Below are positions 1 through 12,666 of a stretch of DNA of 64,000 nt, piece by piece (the stretch's first letter is position 1; each line of letters opens with the position of its first letter). The stretch comes from Octopus vulgaris. Lineage: Eukaryota. Position numbers and translations under genes: made by a program. The notes beneath the pieces are model-generated. The model was not told the origin of the DNA. It worked only from the letters and a program-made list of their open reading frames with translations, and did no database searches. Location: contig OX597814.1 in NCBI GenBank assembly GCA_951406725.2, positions 196,602,001 through 196,666,000 on the forward strand, in the 5' to 3' direction.

Positions 1-75
1 TGCATTGGCTTAAGTTTTTCATTGTTTGATTTGCCTAATAGTGGTTTTATCTCTGATTTAATATAATATAATATT

Positions 76-137
<62 letters not shown>

Positions 138-480
138 GTATGTATTTATAAAACATACAAAATGGTACAAGAACGCAAAACATCCGGACAGTTAGGTGAT
201 ACAAAAATGGGACAACAAAACACCCAGAGAGACGATACAAAGAAAACATGGACGGCTCATTCGGAGTTTTCTTTCCTCAGTCGAGAACCAGATTACATAC
301 AGTGAAAGATGCGTTGCTTTGGAGAGTTTAACACTTCTTTCTTGCAAGCAGGTGCTTATTGTAACCTGACTTTTAATGATGCTTCTCTTTGCTGGCCATT
401 TTATTATTTTTTAAAAGATAGTGATAACTTAGTTTGAATTTTGAATATATGTACATACGCGCACACACGCACAAACGCAC

Positions 481-523
<43 letters not shown>

Positions 524-570
524 AGTAGTTGAATGAATATATAATATATATATATATGAATGAATATATA

Positions 571-641
<71 letters not shown>

Positions 642-702
642 CATATACACACAAATATATATATATATACATATGTGTAAGGATGTGTGGGTGTATACAT
701 AT

Positions 703-1107
703 TCTTTTATTCTTTTGTTTCAGTCATTTGACTGCAGCCATGCTGGAGCACCGCCTTTAGTCGAGCAAATCGACCCCAGGACTTATTCTGTGTAAGCCTA
801 GTACTTATTCTTTTGGTCTCTCTTGTCGAACCACTAAGTGACGGGGACGTGAACACACGAGCATCGGTTGTCAAGGGATGTTGAGGGGACAAACACAGAC
901 ACACAATCATATACATACACATATATATATATATGTATGTATACGACGGGCTTCTTCCAGTTTCCGTCTACCAGATCTACGCACAAGGCTTTGGTCGGCC
1001 CGAGGCTATAGTAGAAGACACTTGCCCAGGGTGTCACACAGTGGGACTTAACCCGGAACCATGTGGTTGGTAAGCAAGCTACCTTCAACACAGCCACTCC
1101 TGCGCCT
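703..1107 (-). mobile_element. SINE family A (tRNA-derived head, CORE-like centre, internal TA microsatellite)
   Basis: Minus strand reads AGGCGCAGGAGTGGCTGTG..GGTT.AGTCCCACTG (pol III A/B-box-like), then CTGGGCAAGTG (CORE-like), then the tail CCAGCATGG..TGACTGAAAC. More than 15 copies occur in the window. Confidence 0.9.
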
Positions 1108-1125
1108 ATATATATATATATATAT

Positions 1126-1292
1126 GTATACGACGGGCTTCTTCCAGTTTCCGTCTACCAGATCTACGCACAAGGCTTTGGTCGGCCCGAGGCTATAGTA
1201 GAAGACACTTGCCCAGGGTGTCACACAGTGGGACTTAACCCGGAACCATGTGGTTGGTAAGCAAGCTACCTTCAACACAGCCACTCCTGCGC
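1126..1292 (-). repeat. Tandem duplicate of the 5' half of the preceding SINE A (period 187 bp)
   Basis: Matches 939-1105, including private variants AGATCTACGCAC, CCCAGGGTGTCACAC and CTACCTTCAACAC. Confidence 0.9.
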
Positions 1293-1540
1293 TTCTAATA
1301 TTCAAAATTCAAAATAAGTTATCATTATCTTTAAAAAAAAATAATGATATGCACCTGCTTGCTAGAAAGAGGAGTTAAACTCTCCAACGCCACGCATCTC
1401 TCACTGAATGTAAACACGCATGTAGGTGCATATTGTTCCACGACTTGCAATAGTATCTATTTTGCTTGTTTTTTGTTATGTTTGCTGGCCACTTCGTCAT
1501 TTTGGGGTTTTTTTTAAAAGATAATGGTAAATTATATATA

Positions 1541-1894
1541 CTTGCTTGTTACTTTTCCTTGTTTCAGTCATTTGACTGCGGCCATGCTGGAGCACCACCT
1601 TTTAGTACTTATTCTATCGGTCTCTTTTTGCCGAACCGCTAAGTGACGGGGACATAAACACACCAGCATCGGTTGTCAAGCAATGCTAGGGGGACAAACA
1701 CAGACACACAAACACACAAATACATATATACGACAGGCTTCTTTCAGTTTCCGTCTACCAAATCCACTCACAAGGCATTGGTCGGCCCGGGGCTATAGCA
1801 GAAGACACTTGCCCAAGATGCCACGCAGTGGGACTGAACCCGCAACCGTGTGATTGGTTAGCAAGCTACTTACCACACAGCCACTCCTGCGCCT
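1541..1894 (-). mobile_element. SINE family A, internally deleted
   Basis: Same head, core and tail as the other copies; lacks about 40 bp between CCACCTTT and AGTACTTATT. Confidence 0.9.
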
Positions 1895-2059
1895 ATATAT
1901 ACTTGCTTTTTACTTTTCGTTTTTGCCATTAGCGCAGAAAATGAAAATAAATGATACAGCATCGGTTGTCAAGCAATGCGGAAGGGGACAAACACATTGT
2001 TAAACTTACATGTATTGAGGGATGCGTGACTTTGGCGAGTTTAACTCTTCTTTTTGGCA

Positions 2060-2611
<552 letters not shown>

Positions 2612-2785
2612 ATATACATATATAAATACAAAATGGCACAAGAATGCAAAACATCCGGGCAGCTAGATGATACAAAAATGGGACAACAAAACATCCAGAT
2701 AGACGATACAAACTAAACAAGGGCGGGTCATTCGAAGTTTTCTTTCCCCCGTCTTCTTTTTCTGTTGGACTTTACTCTTTCTCCT

Positions 2786-2820
2786 GTTTCAGAAGAAGTG
2801 CTTTACTCGAAACATAAAAC
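2786..2820 (+). ncRNA. Degenerate minimal hammerhead motif
   Basis: GTTT-CAGAAGA-AGTGCTTTACTC-GAAACAT-A-AAAC. Helix I is GTTT/AAAC; the core has U4>A and helices II/III are decayed. Same layout as the motifs at 54819 and 60856. Confidence 0.35.
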
Positions 2821-2935
2821 CACCTTTCTTTCCTTTCTTGAACGTTTGCTAATACTTTGCATGTAAATATACACATATACAGACACAGATACACACACAC
2901 GCGCACACACACACACACACACACATACACGCACA

Positions 2936-3024
<89 letters not shown>

Positions 3025-3046
3025 GCAATATAGATATATACATATG

Positions 3047-3100
<54 letters not shown>

Positions 3101-3107
<7 letters not shown>

Positions 3108-3599
3108 GTAAAAAGTGAAAAAACTACAGAAGGCTTGGTTTAAAAGGTTAAAAAATATATATTTGAGTCATTATGTCAGAAGAATGTTATAAATTTTTTC
3201 ATACAATGACATAGTTTTTGAAGAAATGACCGGTTTCGCGTTCAGCTTTTCAAATTTCTTGCATCGTTATGTTTACGTTGAGAAGAGTTATCGTTATGTT
3301 TACGTTGAGAATAGTTCCAGATAAGGGGAGGTAATAAGTGATTTATTCCGGTGTAATGGAGATAATCGCTTAAAGTTTTTTTGCCTTTCTTTTGGAGTGA
3401 ATTTCTCTGTATAAGTATGTTGGAATGGTTAAGTTTGAGCTTGTATTTTTCAATGAAGAATGTTTCCTTGTTTAGTCTAACTTCTGTTGGTGTCTGAAAA
3501 ACATTTATAACATTCTTCAGACATATTGACTCATATATATATATTTTTTAACCTTTTAAAACAAGCCTTCTGTAGTTTTTTCACTTTTTACTATTTTCT
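3101..3599 (-). mobile_element. Penelope-like element 3' end with inverted pseudo-LTR arms
   Basis: About 98-bp inverted arms at 3101-3198 and 3498-3599. The minus strand inside reads QTPTEVRLNKETFFIEKYKLKLN (GIY-YIG C-terminal RxxKExxFIxxxxPxLN-like), followed by a hammerhead motif. Confidence 0.75.
3221..3260 (-). ncRNA. Minimal type I hammerhead ribozyme, U3-A8 core variant
   Basis: AAGAAAU-UUGAAAA-GC(UGAAC)GC-GAA-ACCGGU-C-AUUUCUU: 7-bp helix I, palindromic helix III, GUC cleavage triplet. Confidence 0.7.
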
Positions 3600-3642
3600 A
3601 TATATATATTCAACCACGTGTTTTTACACACCAACTTTCTCA

Positions 3643-3714
<72 letters not shown>

Positions 3715-3790
3715 ATATTATATATATATAAGGCGGTGCCCCAGCATGGCCACTGCTCATGAGCTGAAACTAGAATCAATCAATCAATCA

Positions 3791-3850
<60 letters not shown>

Positions 3851-4242
3851 CATTCATATGCATTCCTATGTATGTATGTATGTGTGTATGGATTATAGAG
3901 AACACTGTCGAAAATTCACAATTTTCCCCAGAAAAATGGCTTCACAGGTTTACGACTAATTGGTATGAGATTTAATTTAACGTAACATCATATTTAATTA
4001 AAACAAGAAGCTACATTCCCCTATGCGTAATTATCGTCTATACAGGTGCTGAAATTTGCAAAGAAACAGCAAGGTAAGCAATGCTGGAACCTAACATCAG
4101 TTGTTCTATGAAACAACATTTTATTGTTTCAAATTAACTACAAAGTTATTATAGAAACGCAAGTGACTGCAAAATAGTTGGTTCGTCTATGAGGGAGATT
4201 TGGAAGAAATTCTTATCAAACGAATAATCATATTGGTATTTG

Positions 4243-4478
4243 CAGGCGGAAAGTTGGCAGAAACGTTAGTACGCCGGGCGAAATGCGTAGCCGTATTTCG
4301 TCTGCTGTTACTTTCTGAGTTCAAATTCCGCCGAGGTCGACTTTGCCTTTCGTCTTCGGGGTTGATGAATTAAGTACTAGTTACGCACTGGGGTCGATGT
4401 AATCGACTTAATCCGTTTGTCTGTCTTTGTTTGTCCCCTCTATGTTTAGCCCCTTGTGGGTAGTATCGAAATAAGTAT
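4243..4478 (+). mobile_element. SINE family B (tRNA-like head, Meta-domain-like centre), monomer
   Basis: GGCGG..GGCAGAAACGTTAG..GAGTTCAAATTCC (B box), followed by TTTGCCTTTC.TC.TTCGGGG..GAT.AATTAAGTAC.AG. Confidence 0.88.
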
Positions 4479-5359
4479 TTGCACAGAGAAGATAGCCATC
4501 TCCCATTTGTCTGCCTATGTGACCCAACCCTTGTTCTCAAGCGCTGTCATCTCTTATCTATTGAATGCCAGCCTTCTCCTGCCTTTTCTTTTAGACTTTT
4601 GCTTTCTGTTGTGGCTAATATGATCTTCAGTTGTCTAAGTTGCCTAGTTGCTTGCAGGGAACGGAATGTTCAAGTTGATCGTTCATGTTCCTCAGCATAG
4701 TTTTCCAATTCTCTAGTATATATGGAAGAAACGACCCCCATCCTTATTGATGATGAATTAATTATCGTTTTCTACAAGGGCAGGGAGGTGGAAAAATAAT
4801 CGAAAAACATAGATACAGTAGATATGCCCTTCACACGGGATCCCGAATGGCCTCCGCAGATATCTGTGGAAGTCAAGGTTTCCCTTGTGGAAAAGGCTTA
4901 AAGGATTTGGGGAGGAGTGTTGCATATGGCCGGGTGGCCCTTACACGACTTACATGTCCCACATGAGTGAGGCATGGGAAATGGCGGGATACAGGAACTC
5001 AAGCGGCATTAAAAATTATAATGAATATATCGATGAGTAGGAGGTGAACAAGCCTCGTTAGAGGGTTTGAAACCTCATCTTATTGTATTATTTGTAGTGG
5101 ATTATAACCTCAATTGTGTGTTTAAAAAAAACATGTTAAGTAAGAGGTTTTAGTTCCTCCTTCTTGTATGAGGTTTGAAACCTCATATTGATATTTAAAA
5201 TACTATAGTTCTCACCTTCCACACGTAGCTTTTAATTTTCTTCTCACCTTCCACGTCAATCTCCTTAGCGTCCTGGTACTGCATCACATCAAAGACCTTA
5301 ACTCCTTGACTCTTTATTGAAATGTGTAGAGCATTTTACTCCATGATTTCGTCGGTCAG

Positions 5360-5700
5360 GATCTTGGTCGGGTACAAACGATGATTGCTGTCTGTGTTGA
5401 ATGACGCTATTACCGAGACATCCTGCAGTATGTGTCGTTTGTCGACCACGAAGAAATTATTTTAAATTTTGTACGAAAGGTTTGGAACTATCCAGGCCTT
5501 TCTTATTTCAGATTGCTTCCTAAATAGATAGAATGTTCCCAACGCAAAATCTTCTTGTCTCGGCCACAATAACCACACTTTCCCCTCTTTCTTTTCTCTC
5601 TCGATCCAAACTTCCTATATATTTCTCACTCTGCTGTCTTTGTTCAACTTTTGTCTTGAAAGATCCCATCAATTCATCGTATTCGCTAGCATTATTGTTA
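5360..5700 (-). pseudogene. Fossil AP endonuclease of an RTE-like LINE
   Basis: Minus strand translates MGSFKTKVEQ..EKYIG..ERGE and, after a frameshift, KAWIVPN..QDVSVIASFNTDSNHRL, matching MGDFNAKVG..W.SP..SDHR. Confidence 0.6.
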
Positions 5701-6119
5701 GCATAACACTATCTTCGGTGTGGGATTTCAGTAAGTGAGAGATATAAGAGTCTTGCAGACATACGTAGACACATCTTTCCATCTTAAATATAGTTGTATG
5801 ACAGGAAGCATCAACAAACACGTGACAATTAGGCAGTTCTTGAAACGAATACTAGACAGAAAACACAACATAACTTCGGGTTTATTTTGTCGATCTACGG
5901 GTATTGCATCTAGAATATGCCAACAAGAACTAGATATGACATTTTGATAGAAACTTAATCAACGCCGACTGTAGGCTTGTAAATGATGGAAACACTAAGC
6001 CTTCTATTAAAACACTGAGAATCTACCTGATCTAACAAATGAACACAGAGGTTGTTTGCAGCTATTGGCGGTAGATACGGGTTTAATTTCCCCAAAAGAT
6101 ATTAAATCATTATGTTATT

Positions 6120-6600
6120 AAGTTATATAACTAATATTAACACGTATCTGTAGAGGATATCTTCAGCATTCCGTTTAAGGAACAATTTCTCTAAAACATG
6201 TTTGTTGATATTCCAGATTACAGCTACATGTAAGGATGGGTTCTATGAACGCCTCTAGGACACTTCATCGCCATTCTTGGTGATCGTCGTTCATTTGATA
6301 ATATATGTTTGATCTCACAATAAGTAGCGTTGGCCTGTCCAAACATCTTTCATGTTTTTCCCATCTAATGTAATGATGATTCTCCGAATATTTAACTCTC
6401 GACTAGTTTCAAGGTTGTTCCGTTAATTACTATATTGCAAATTGATGGTAATTCCTTTGAATTTATCACTGTTTGTTGCTATTAACATCTAAACCAATGT
6501 TTTCATTCACATCCTTATTCAGAATAACTAATATATGATGATATTTCTTTAATGTTGTTATGAGGAGTTTGTCGTCTGCGTCACTGACGTTATCGATGTT
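6120..6600 (-). pseudogene. Fossil reverse transcriptase C-terminal part of an RTE-like LINE
   Basis: NIDNVSDADDKLL (YADD equivalent)..GLDVN..IVINGTTLKLVE..IITLDGKNMKDV..LEAFIEPILT..WNI..MLKIS, with frameshifts. Confidence 0.6.
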
Positions 6601-7044
6601 TTGTCATCATCTCCTCTTTATACATGACAGATATTCAATTAATGGCATGATTTTACAGCATAACGCAAACAGATCACGTGAAAATACACACTTCTATGAT
6701 ACTTCACCCTTGATCTTCATAAATTTACAATTTCGTTTCCAATTCTAAATATTTGTATCTGTTAGCAATATATAGTTCAAATTGTTTGTATGTTCTTACC
6801 ACTTGGATTTATAACATAAATTCGTTCATATGTGCATACATACATAGATACATACATACATACATACATACATACATACATACATACATACATACATACA
6901 TACATACATACGTATATAGATACGCACATACATACATGCATATGCACTCACACACACAAAAACACAAACATACACATACAAAGAATGTATTAAGATTAAT
7001 TACATTTTATTGTTAACATTTAATCATATTTTAAAATATAGGAA

Positions 7045-7083
7045 TACACTTCACCGGTTTCAAAATAGATTTTCAAAAGTGTA
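7045..7083 (-). ncRNA. Decayed hammerhead motif, U3-A8 type
   Basis: UACACUU-UUGAAAA-UCUAUUUU-GAA-ACCGGU-G-AAGUGUA: 7-bp helix I and palindromic helix III, but helix II is unpaired and the cleavage-site base is G. Confidence 0.45.
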
Positions 7084-7119
7084 TGGTATAAGGAGATGCG
7101 TCGCTAATATAACGTCTAT

Positions 7120-7205
<86 letters not shown>

Positions 7206-7617
7206 CTGTGTGTAGGCATACACACACACAAACACACATATATATATAGTGTTGACGTCATACAAGTTTGTAAATCGATGAAATGATTAACTGTGAATCC
7301 CAAAGCGGATAATATAGCTGTAAATATAGCGTGTAAATAGGAAATTACTAAAACACTTTGGTTAGAAGAACACGAAGGCTGCCTGTGAACTACGAACCAA
7401 TATCTGTAACCGAAGGGTTATTTAAAACATGATATACACGCCATTATTTATAGCTTCATCTGATTCTCTATTCCAAACAAATGCACACGTACATACACGC
7501 ACGCAAACACACACACACACAGATACACCTGCGCACAAACACATACATACACACAAACACACGGACACACACAGAGGTACGCACAGAGGCAAACATATGT
7601 TTATGCAGAGAATAAAC

Positions 7618-7750
7618 TTGGGCAAGTGTCTTCTACTAAAGCCTCAGGCCGACCAAAGCCTTGTGAGTGGATTTGGTAGACGGAAACTGAAAGAAGCCCG
7701 TCGTATATATGTATATATGTATGTATCTGTGTATATGCTTGTGTGTCTGT
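7618..7750 (+). mobile_element. SINE family A fragment
   Basis: TTGGGCAAGTGTCTTC..GAAAGAAGCCCGTCG central part only. Confidence 0.85.
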
Positions 7751-8121
7751 ATTATGGCCCTTATTTATATATAAAATCCTACAATTAGCCATCATTATTG
7801 ACGGAACGGGGTCAGCTAGTTGATTTATAAGCCTTGGTGGAATATTATGGCTGCAAAACGAAATATTGCGTCCCTGCCACGAATTGATATGACAAGATTG
7901 AAATTTGGACGATACTCCAAATTTCTGTGATATTCAATTAGCCGGGAGTATGATTGCTATAAGTCATCTGCTTGCCGTCTAATTAAAAAGGGCGATTCGA
8001 AACTATGCAGTTACTGGTTCGATCTTACCACAAGGTATTCTTGGACAAGGGTCTCTTTCTATATGCTTCATCAGACCAAAGACGGTCAGTGATCATTTGT
8101 AGAACGAAATTATGTTGACAC

Positions 8122-8530
8122 TTACTCTTTTACTCTTTTACTTGTTTCAGTCATTTGACTGCGGTCATGCTGGAGCACCGCCTTTAATCGAGCAACTCGA
8201 CCCCGGGACTTATTCTTTGTAAGCCCAGTACCTATTCTATCGGTCTCTTTTGCCGAACCGCTAAGTAACGGGGACATAAACACACCAGCATCGGTTGTCA
8301 AGCAATGCTAGGGGGACAAACACAGACACACAAACATATACACACACATTCATATATATATATATACGACAGGCTTCTTTCAGTTTCCGTCTACCAAATC
8401 CACTCACAAGGCATTGGTTGGCCCGGGGCTATAGCAGAAGACACCTGCCCAAGGTGACACGCAGTGGGACTGAACCCTGAACCATGTGGTTGGTTAGCAA
8501 GCTACTTACCACACAGCCACTCCTGCGCCT
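8122..8530 (-). mobile_element. SINE family A, full length
   Basis: Complete copy with (GTAAAAGA)n tail. Confidence 0.92.
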
Positions 8531-8580
8531 ATAAAAGGAAAATGATAATAATGTGGAAGTTTATTGCTGATCATTTGGGA

Positions 8581-8774
8581 TATATATATATACATATATA
8601 TATATCTGTGTGTAGGCATACACACACACAAACACACATATATATATAGTGTTGACGTCATACAAGTTTGTAAATCGATGAAATGATTAACTGTGAATCC
8701 CAAAGCGGATAATATAGCTGTAAATATAGCGTGTAAATAGGAAATTACTAAAACACTTTGGTTAGAAGAACACG
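8581..8774 (+). repeat. Exact copy of 7181-7374 (offset 1400 bp)
   Basis: Identical text from TATATCTGTGTGTAGGC to GTTAGAAGAACACG at both positions. Confidence 0.9.
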
Positions 8775-8918
8775 GTTCGGCAAAAGAGACCGATAGAATA
8801 AGTACTGGGCTTACAAAAAGAATAAGTCCCAGGGTCGAGTTGCTCGATTAAAGGCGGTGCTCCAGCATGGCCGCAGTCAAATGACTGAAACAAGTAAAAG
8901 AGTAAAAGAGTAAAGAGT
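8773..8918 (+). mobile_element. SINE family A 3' part (5'-truncated)
   Basis: GGTTCGGCAAAAGAGACCG..GACTGAAACAAGTAAAAGAGTAAAAGAG. Confidence 0.9.
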
Positions 8919-9818
8919 ATACATGTTTTGTTGTCCAGTATGATATCACCAACTGGACTACAACTTCATAACTGAATTCACCTTGTTGACAGGCATCCAG
9001 TGAGAGAATAATCGTCCAGTGACAGGCATCCAGTGACAGACATCCAGTGTGAGAATAATTGTTCACCCATACGAATACTAGTTCAAAATGTTCTGGCGAA
9101 TTCATGGTCAATGCATCATTTCTGATGTTCTCGTTAAAAAACAAATATTTTATTCGGCTCATAGCGATGAAACACAAAAACAACCAGTGCACCTTTCCAC
9201 AAAGGACATAGAGATACGTAATGAAATTGAGTAAAGTATTCAATCCGCCATACAAACGTATTTAACTACAATCACTGTGATATATATGAAATATGTATAA
9301 TATTAAGATATCGTCAATTGATGTACCTGTACAGTTTTTCACCTTCTGTTTTATACATGTCTTATACATGTTTCATACATGTTTTTTACAGTGCGGCAGT
9401 GAAACCTTTTACATTATATATACATGCATACACACAAAGAAACACTCACACACACACACACACAAATATAAATATATATAAGTATGCGTGTGTGTGCGTG
9501 TTTATGCGTGTATGTGTGTATGTGCGTGTGTGTATTTTATTATTTCGCTAAGCCGTAGCAATAATAATAACCAGTTGTTAGAACTCATTCATATGCTCCA
9601 GAAACAAGCCTCAATCGCGTACAGAGTCTCAAATAATCTTATTATAAAATTGCCCTTCGTGTTTGAAGCTCCGAGGAAGCTATAAAGTGATACACTATCG
9701 TTCAAATTTGAATGCATTGCATTTTATATCAGAAACAGCTGTAAGCTAATGAAGTTGATGGCATAATTTCTTATTTCCTTTGTCATATGACTTTCTTATT
9801 ATTGCTTTGATATATATA

Positions 9819-9925
<107 letters not shown>

Positions 9926-9926
9926 G

Positions 9927-9971
<45 letters not shown>

Positions 9972-10020
9972 GTCTGTATGTATGTGTATATATATATATA
10001 TATATATAGATATGTAAGTA

Positions 10021-10058
<38 letters not shown>

Positions 10059-10156
10059 ATAGATAGATAGACAAATATGCACTTATATGTCTATACATAT
10101 ATACACAAATACATACATAGATACATATATACATTTAATATATAAATATATATGTA

Positions 10157-10255
<99 letters not shown>

Positions 10256-11064
10256 GTATATATATATATACACGAATGCACTGTATATTTTACTATGAAA
10301 TTGTGAGTTATATTAATAGTTTTTTTTTTGCATATCATCTAAGTGATATTGGAATACAAAAGAGAGAATAAGAAAGAACCGAAGCGACTATAATCTATGC
10401 GATATGCACTCAATATCCCCATCACAAAACAATTTTTATTTGATACACCATCCTAGATTCCTTCTTTTTCTTTTTCTTCTTTATTTTAATCTCCACTTCA
10501 GCCAACTCACAGGAAAACTATACGTTCATTTGTTCCTCAACACTATACGCAATTTCTTTTAAGTGACGTAAATTTCCTTCCTGAAAATCATTTCATAAGA
10601 ACATTCGTTTCATTAGAGGAGAAGATGCCAAGACGGCCATGGAAAGTTCACTGAGAACATCAAATTTGAATTATTTTCTTATATTTAGTGCATATACACT
10701 TTGTATCAATGCTCTTTCCTTCTCTTTAATGATATTACGACAGCAAATGTCACACCCTACTCCACGTAATAAATCTTTCCATGTATAAATTACACTTGAT
10801 TGATTAAATGAAAGTTCGTCGTCAAAAGTTACAATAAAAATAAATCTAAAAGTTACGACCGAATAATAAAATGAGTTTATGGTCATAAACATTTTTCTTA
10901 GAGGTGTTGTTTTCCATTTTAGCATTGTTTTTCATAAAGACATCGGTGTATACAAATATTTCTATAGATATTGATAGATGAACTGAAATTCCCATATGTT
11001 TACAAATGCAGACACACACACACACACACATACACACACACACACACACACGCACACACACACG

Positions 11065-11141
<77 letters not shown>

Positions 11142-11173
11142 TTAAAATTTTTTCTTATTATTAAGTCTTTGTG

Positions 11174-11755
11174 AAGGCGGCGAGCTGCTAGAAACGTTAA
11201 CACGCCGGGCGAAATGCCTAGAGGTATTTCGTCTGCCGCTGCGTTCTGAGTTCAAAATCCGCCGAGGTCGACTTTGCCTTTCATCCTTTCGGGGTCGATT
11301 AAATTAGTACCAGCTAAGCACTGGGGTCGATATAATCGACTTAATTCGTTTGTCTATCCTTGTTTGCCCCTTCTGTGTTTAGCCCCTTGTGGGTAGTAAA
11401 GAAATAGGTATTTTGTCTGTCTTTACGTTCTGAGTTCAAATTCTGCCGAGGTCGATTTTACCTTTCATCCTTTCGGGGTCGAACATTAAGTACAAGTTGA
11501 GTACTGGGGTCGACCTAATTGACTGGCCTCCTCCCCAAATATTTCGGGCCTTGTGCCTAGAGTAGAAAAGAAGGGTCAAAATGCTTAGCGGTATTTCGTC
11601 TGTCTTTTCGTTCTGGGTTCAAATTCCGCCGAGGTCGACTTTGCCTTTCATCCTTTCGGGGTCGATAAATTAAGTACCAGTTACGCACTAGGGTCGGTAT
11701 AATCGACTAGTCCCCTCCCCACAAATATCAGGCCTTGTGCCTTTAGTAGAAGCGA
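11174..11755 (+). mobile_element. SINE family B, head-to-tail trimer
   Basis: One full head followed by two further units restarting at GGTATTT; both tail types are present. Confidence 0.88.
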
Positions 11756-11772
11756 TTATTATCATTATTATG

Positions 11773-12572
11773 TGAGAGAGCAGCGCATGCCATCAAAGCG
11801 ACGCTGTGATACAAATATATACGAAGCCCATATATCCATGATGATTACCCGTCTGATAAGCGTACACCAGGCACATACATCACAACCATATGTGCGAGAC
11901 ATAGTGATCTCTTATCAAGATAAACATCGCAGGACCTTGCAGGTGGGGCCCAATTAGCGTTTTCTTCAGGTCGAGTAGCCCATTCCGCTCAAAAGTTCTC
12001 TGAATAATGGTTCTTTTAATTGTTTCAGTCATTTGACTTCGGCCATGCTTGAGCACCGCCTTTAGTCGAATCAAATCGACGCCAGAACTTATTCTTTGTA
12101 AGCCTAGTACTTATTCTATCGGTTTCTTTTGCCGGACCGCTAAGTTACGGTTTTCAAGCGATGTTGGGAGGGGGACAAACACAGATACACACACATACCA
12201 ATATATATACATACACACATATATATATAAATATATACGACGGGCTTCTTTCAGTTTCCGTCTACCAAATTGACTCACAAGGCTTTGGTCGGCCCGAAGC
12301 TACAATAAAAGACTCTTGCCCAAGGTGCCACGCAGTGGGACTGAACCCGGAACTATGTGGTTGGTAATCACGCTACTTACCACACAGCCACTCCTACACC
12401 TATGTGGTTGTTAAAGAATGTTGAACTTAGTACCCAGCATGCTAACGATTCTGCCAGCTTACCAACTTGATTATGATAATAAGAATAACAAGAGACATGC
12501 TCAATTGGTTATGGTCAAGCAACTAACAAGCAAATCTGTGGTGTTGAGCAGAATATTTGCAGTAGCTTTTAT
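11773..12572. mobile_element. (TAA)n-flanked non-coding element, deleted and interrupted by a SINE A
   Basis: 11773-12010 and 12494-12570 align with the two ends of 20717-21275; bordered by ATT repeats. Confidence 0.7.
12013..12401 (-). mobile_element. SINE family A nested in the (TAA)n element
   Basis: Family A sequence with a short internal deletion. Confidence 0.88.
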
Positions 12573-12573
12573 A

Positions 12574-12665
<92 letters not shown>

Positions 12666-12666
<1 letters not shown>

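Noticed and set aside
8048-8080. CTGATGA..GAAA on the minus strand
   Set aside because: No helix II or U16.1; lies in a decayed SINE A-like stretch.
8920-9200. Possible Helitron helicase C-terminal remnant (ALTMN, QLFSH, TKHVY) on minus
   Set aside because: Only scattered short similarities; needs a translated profile search.
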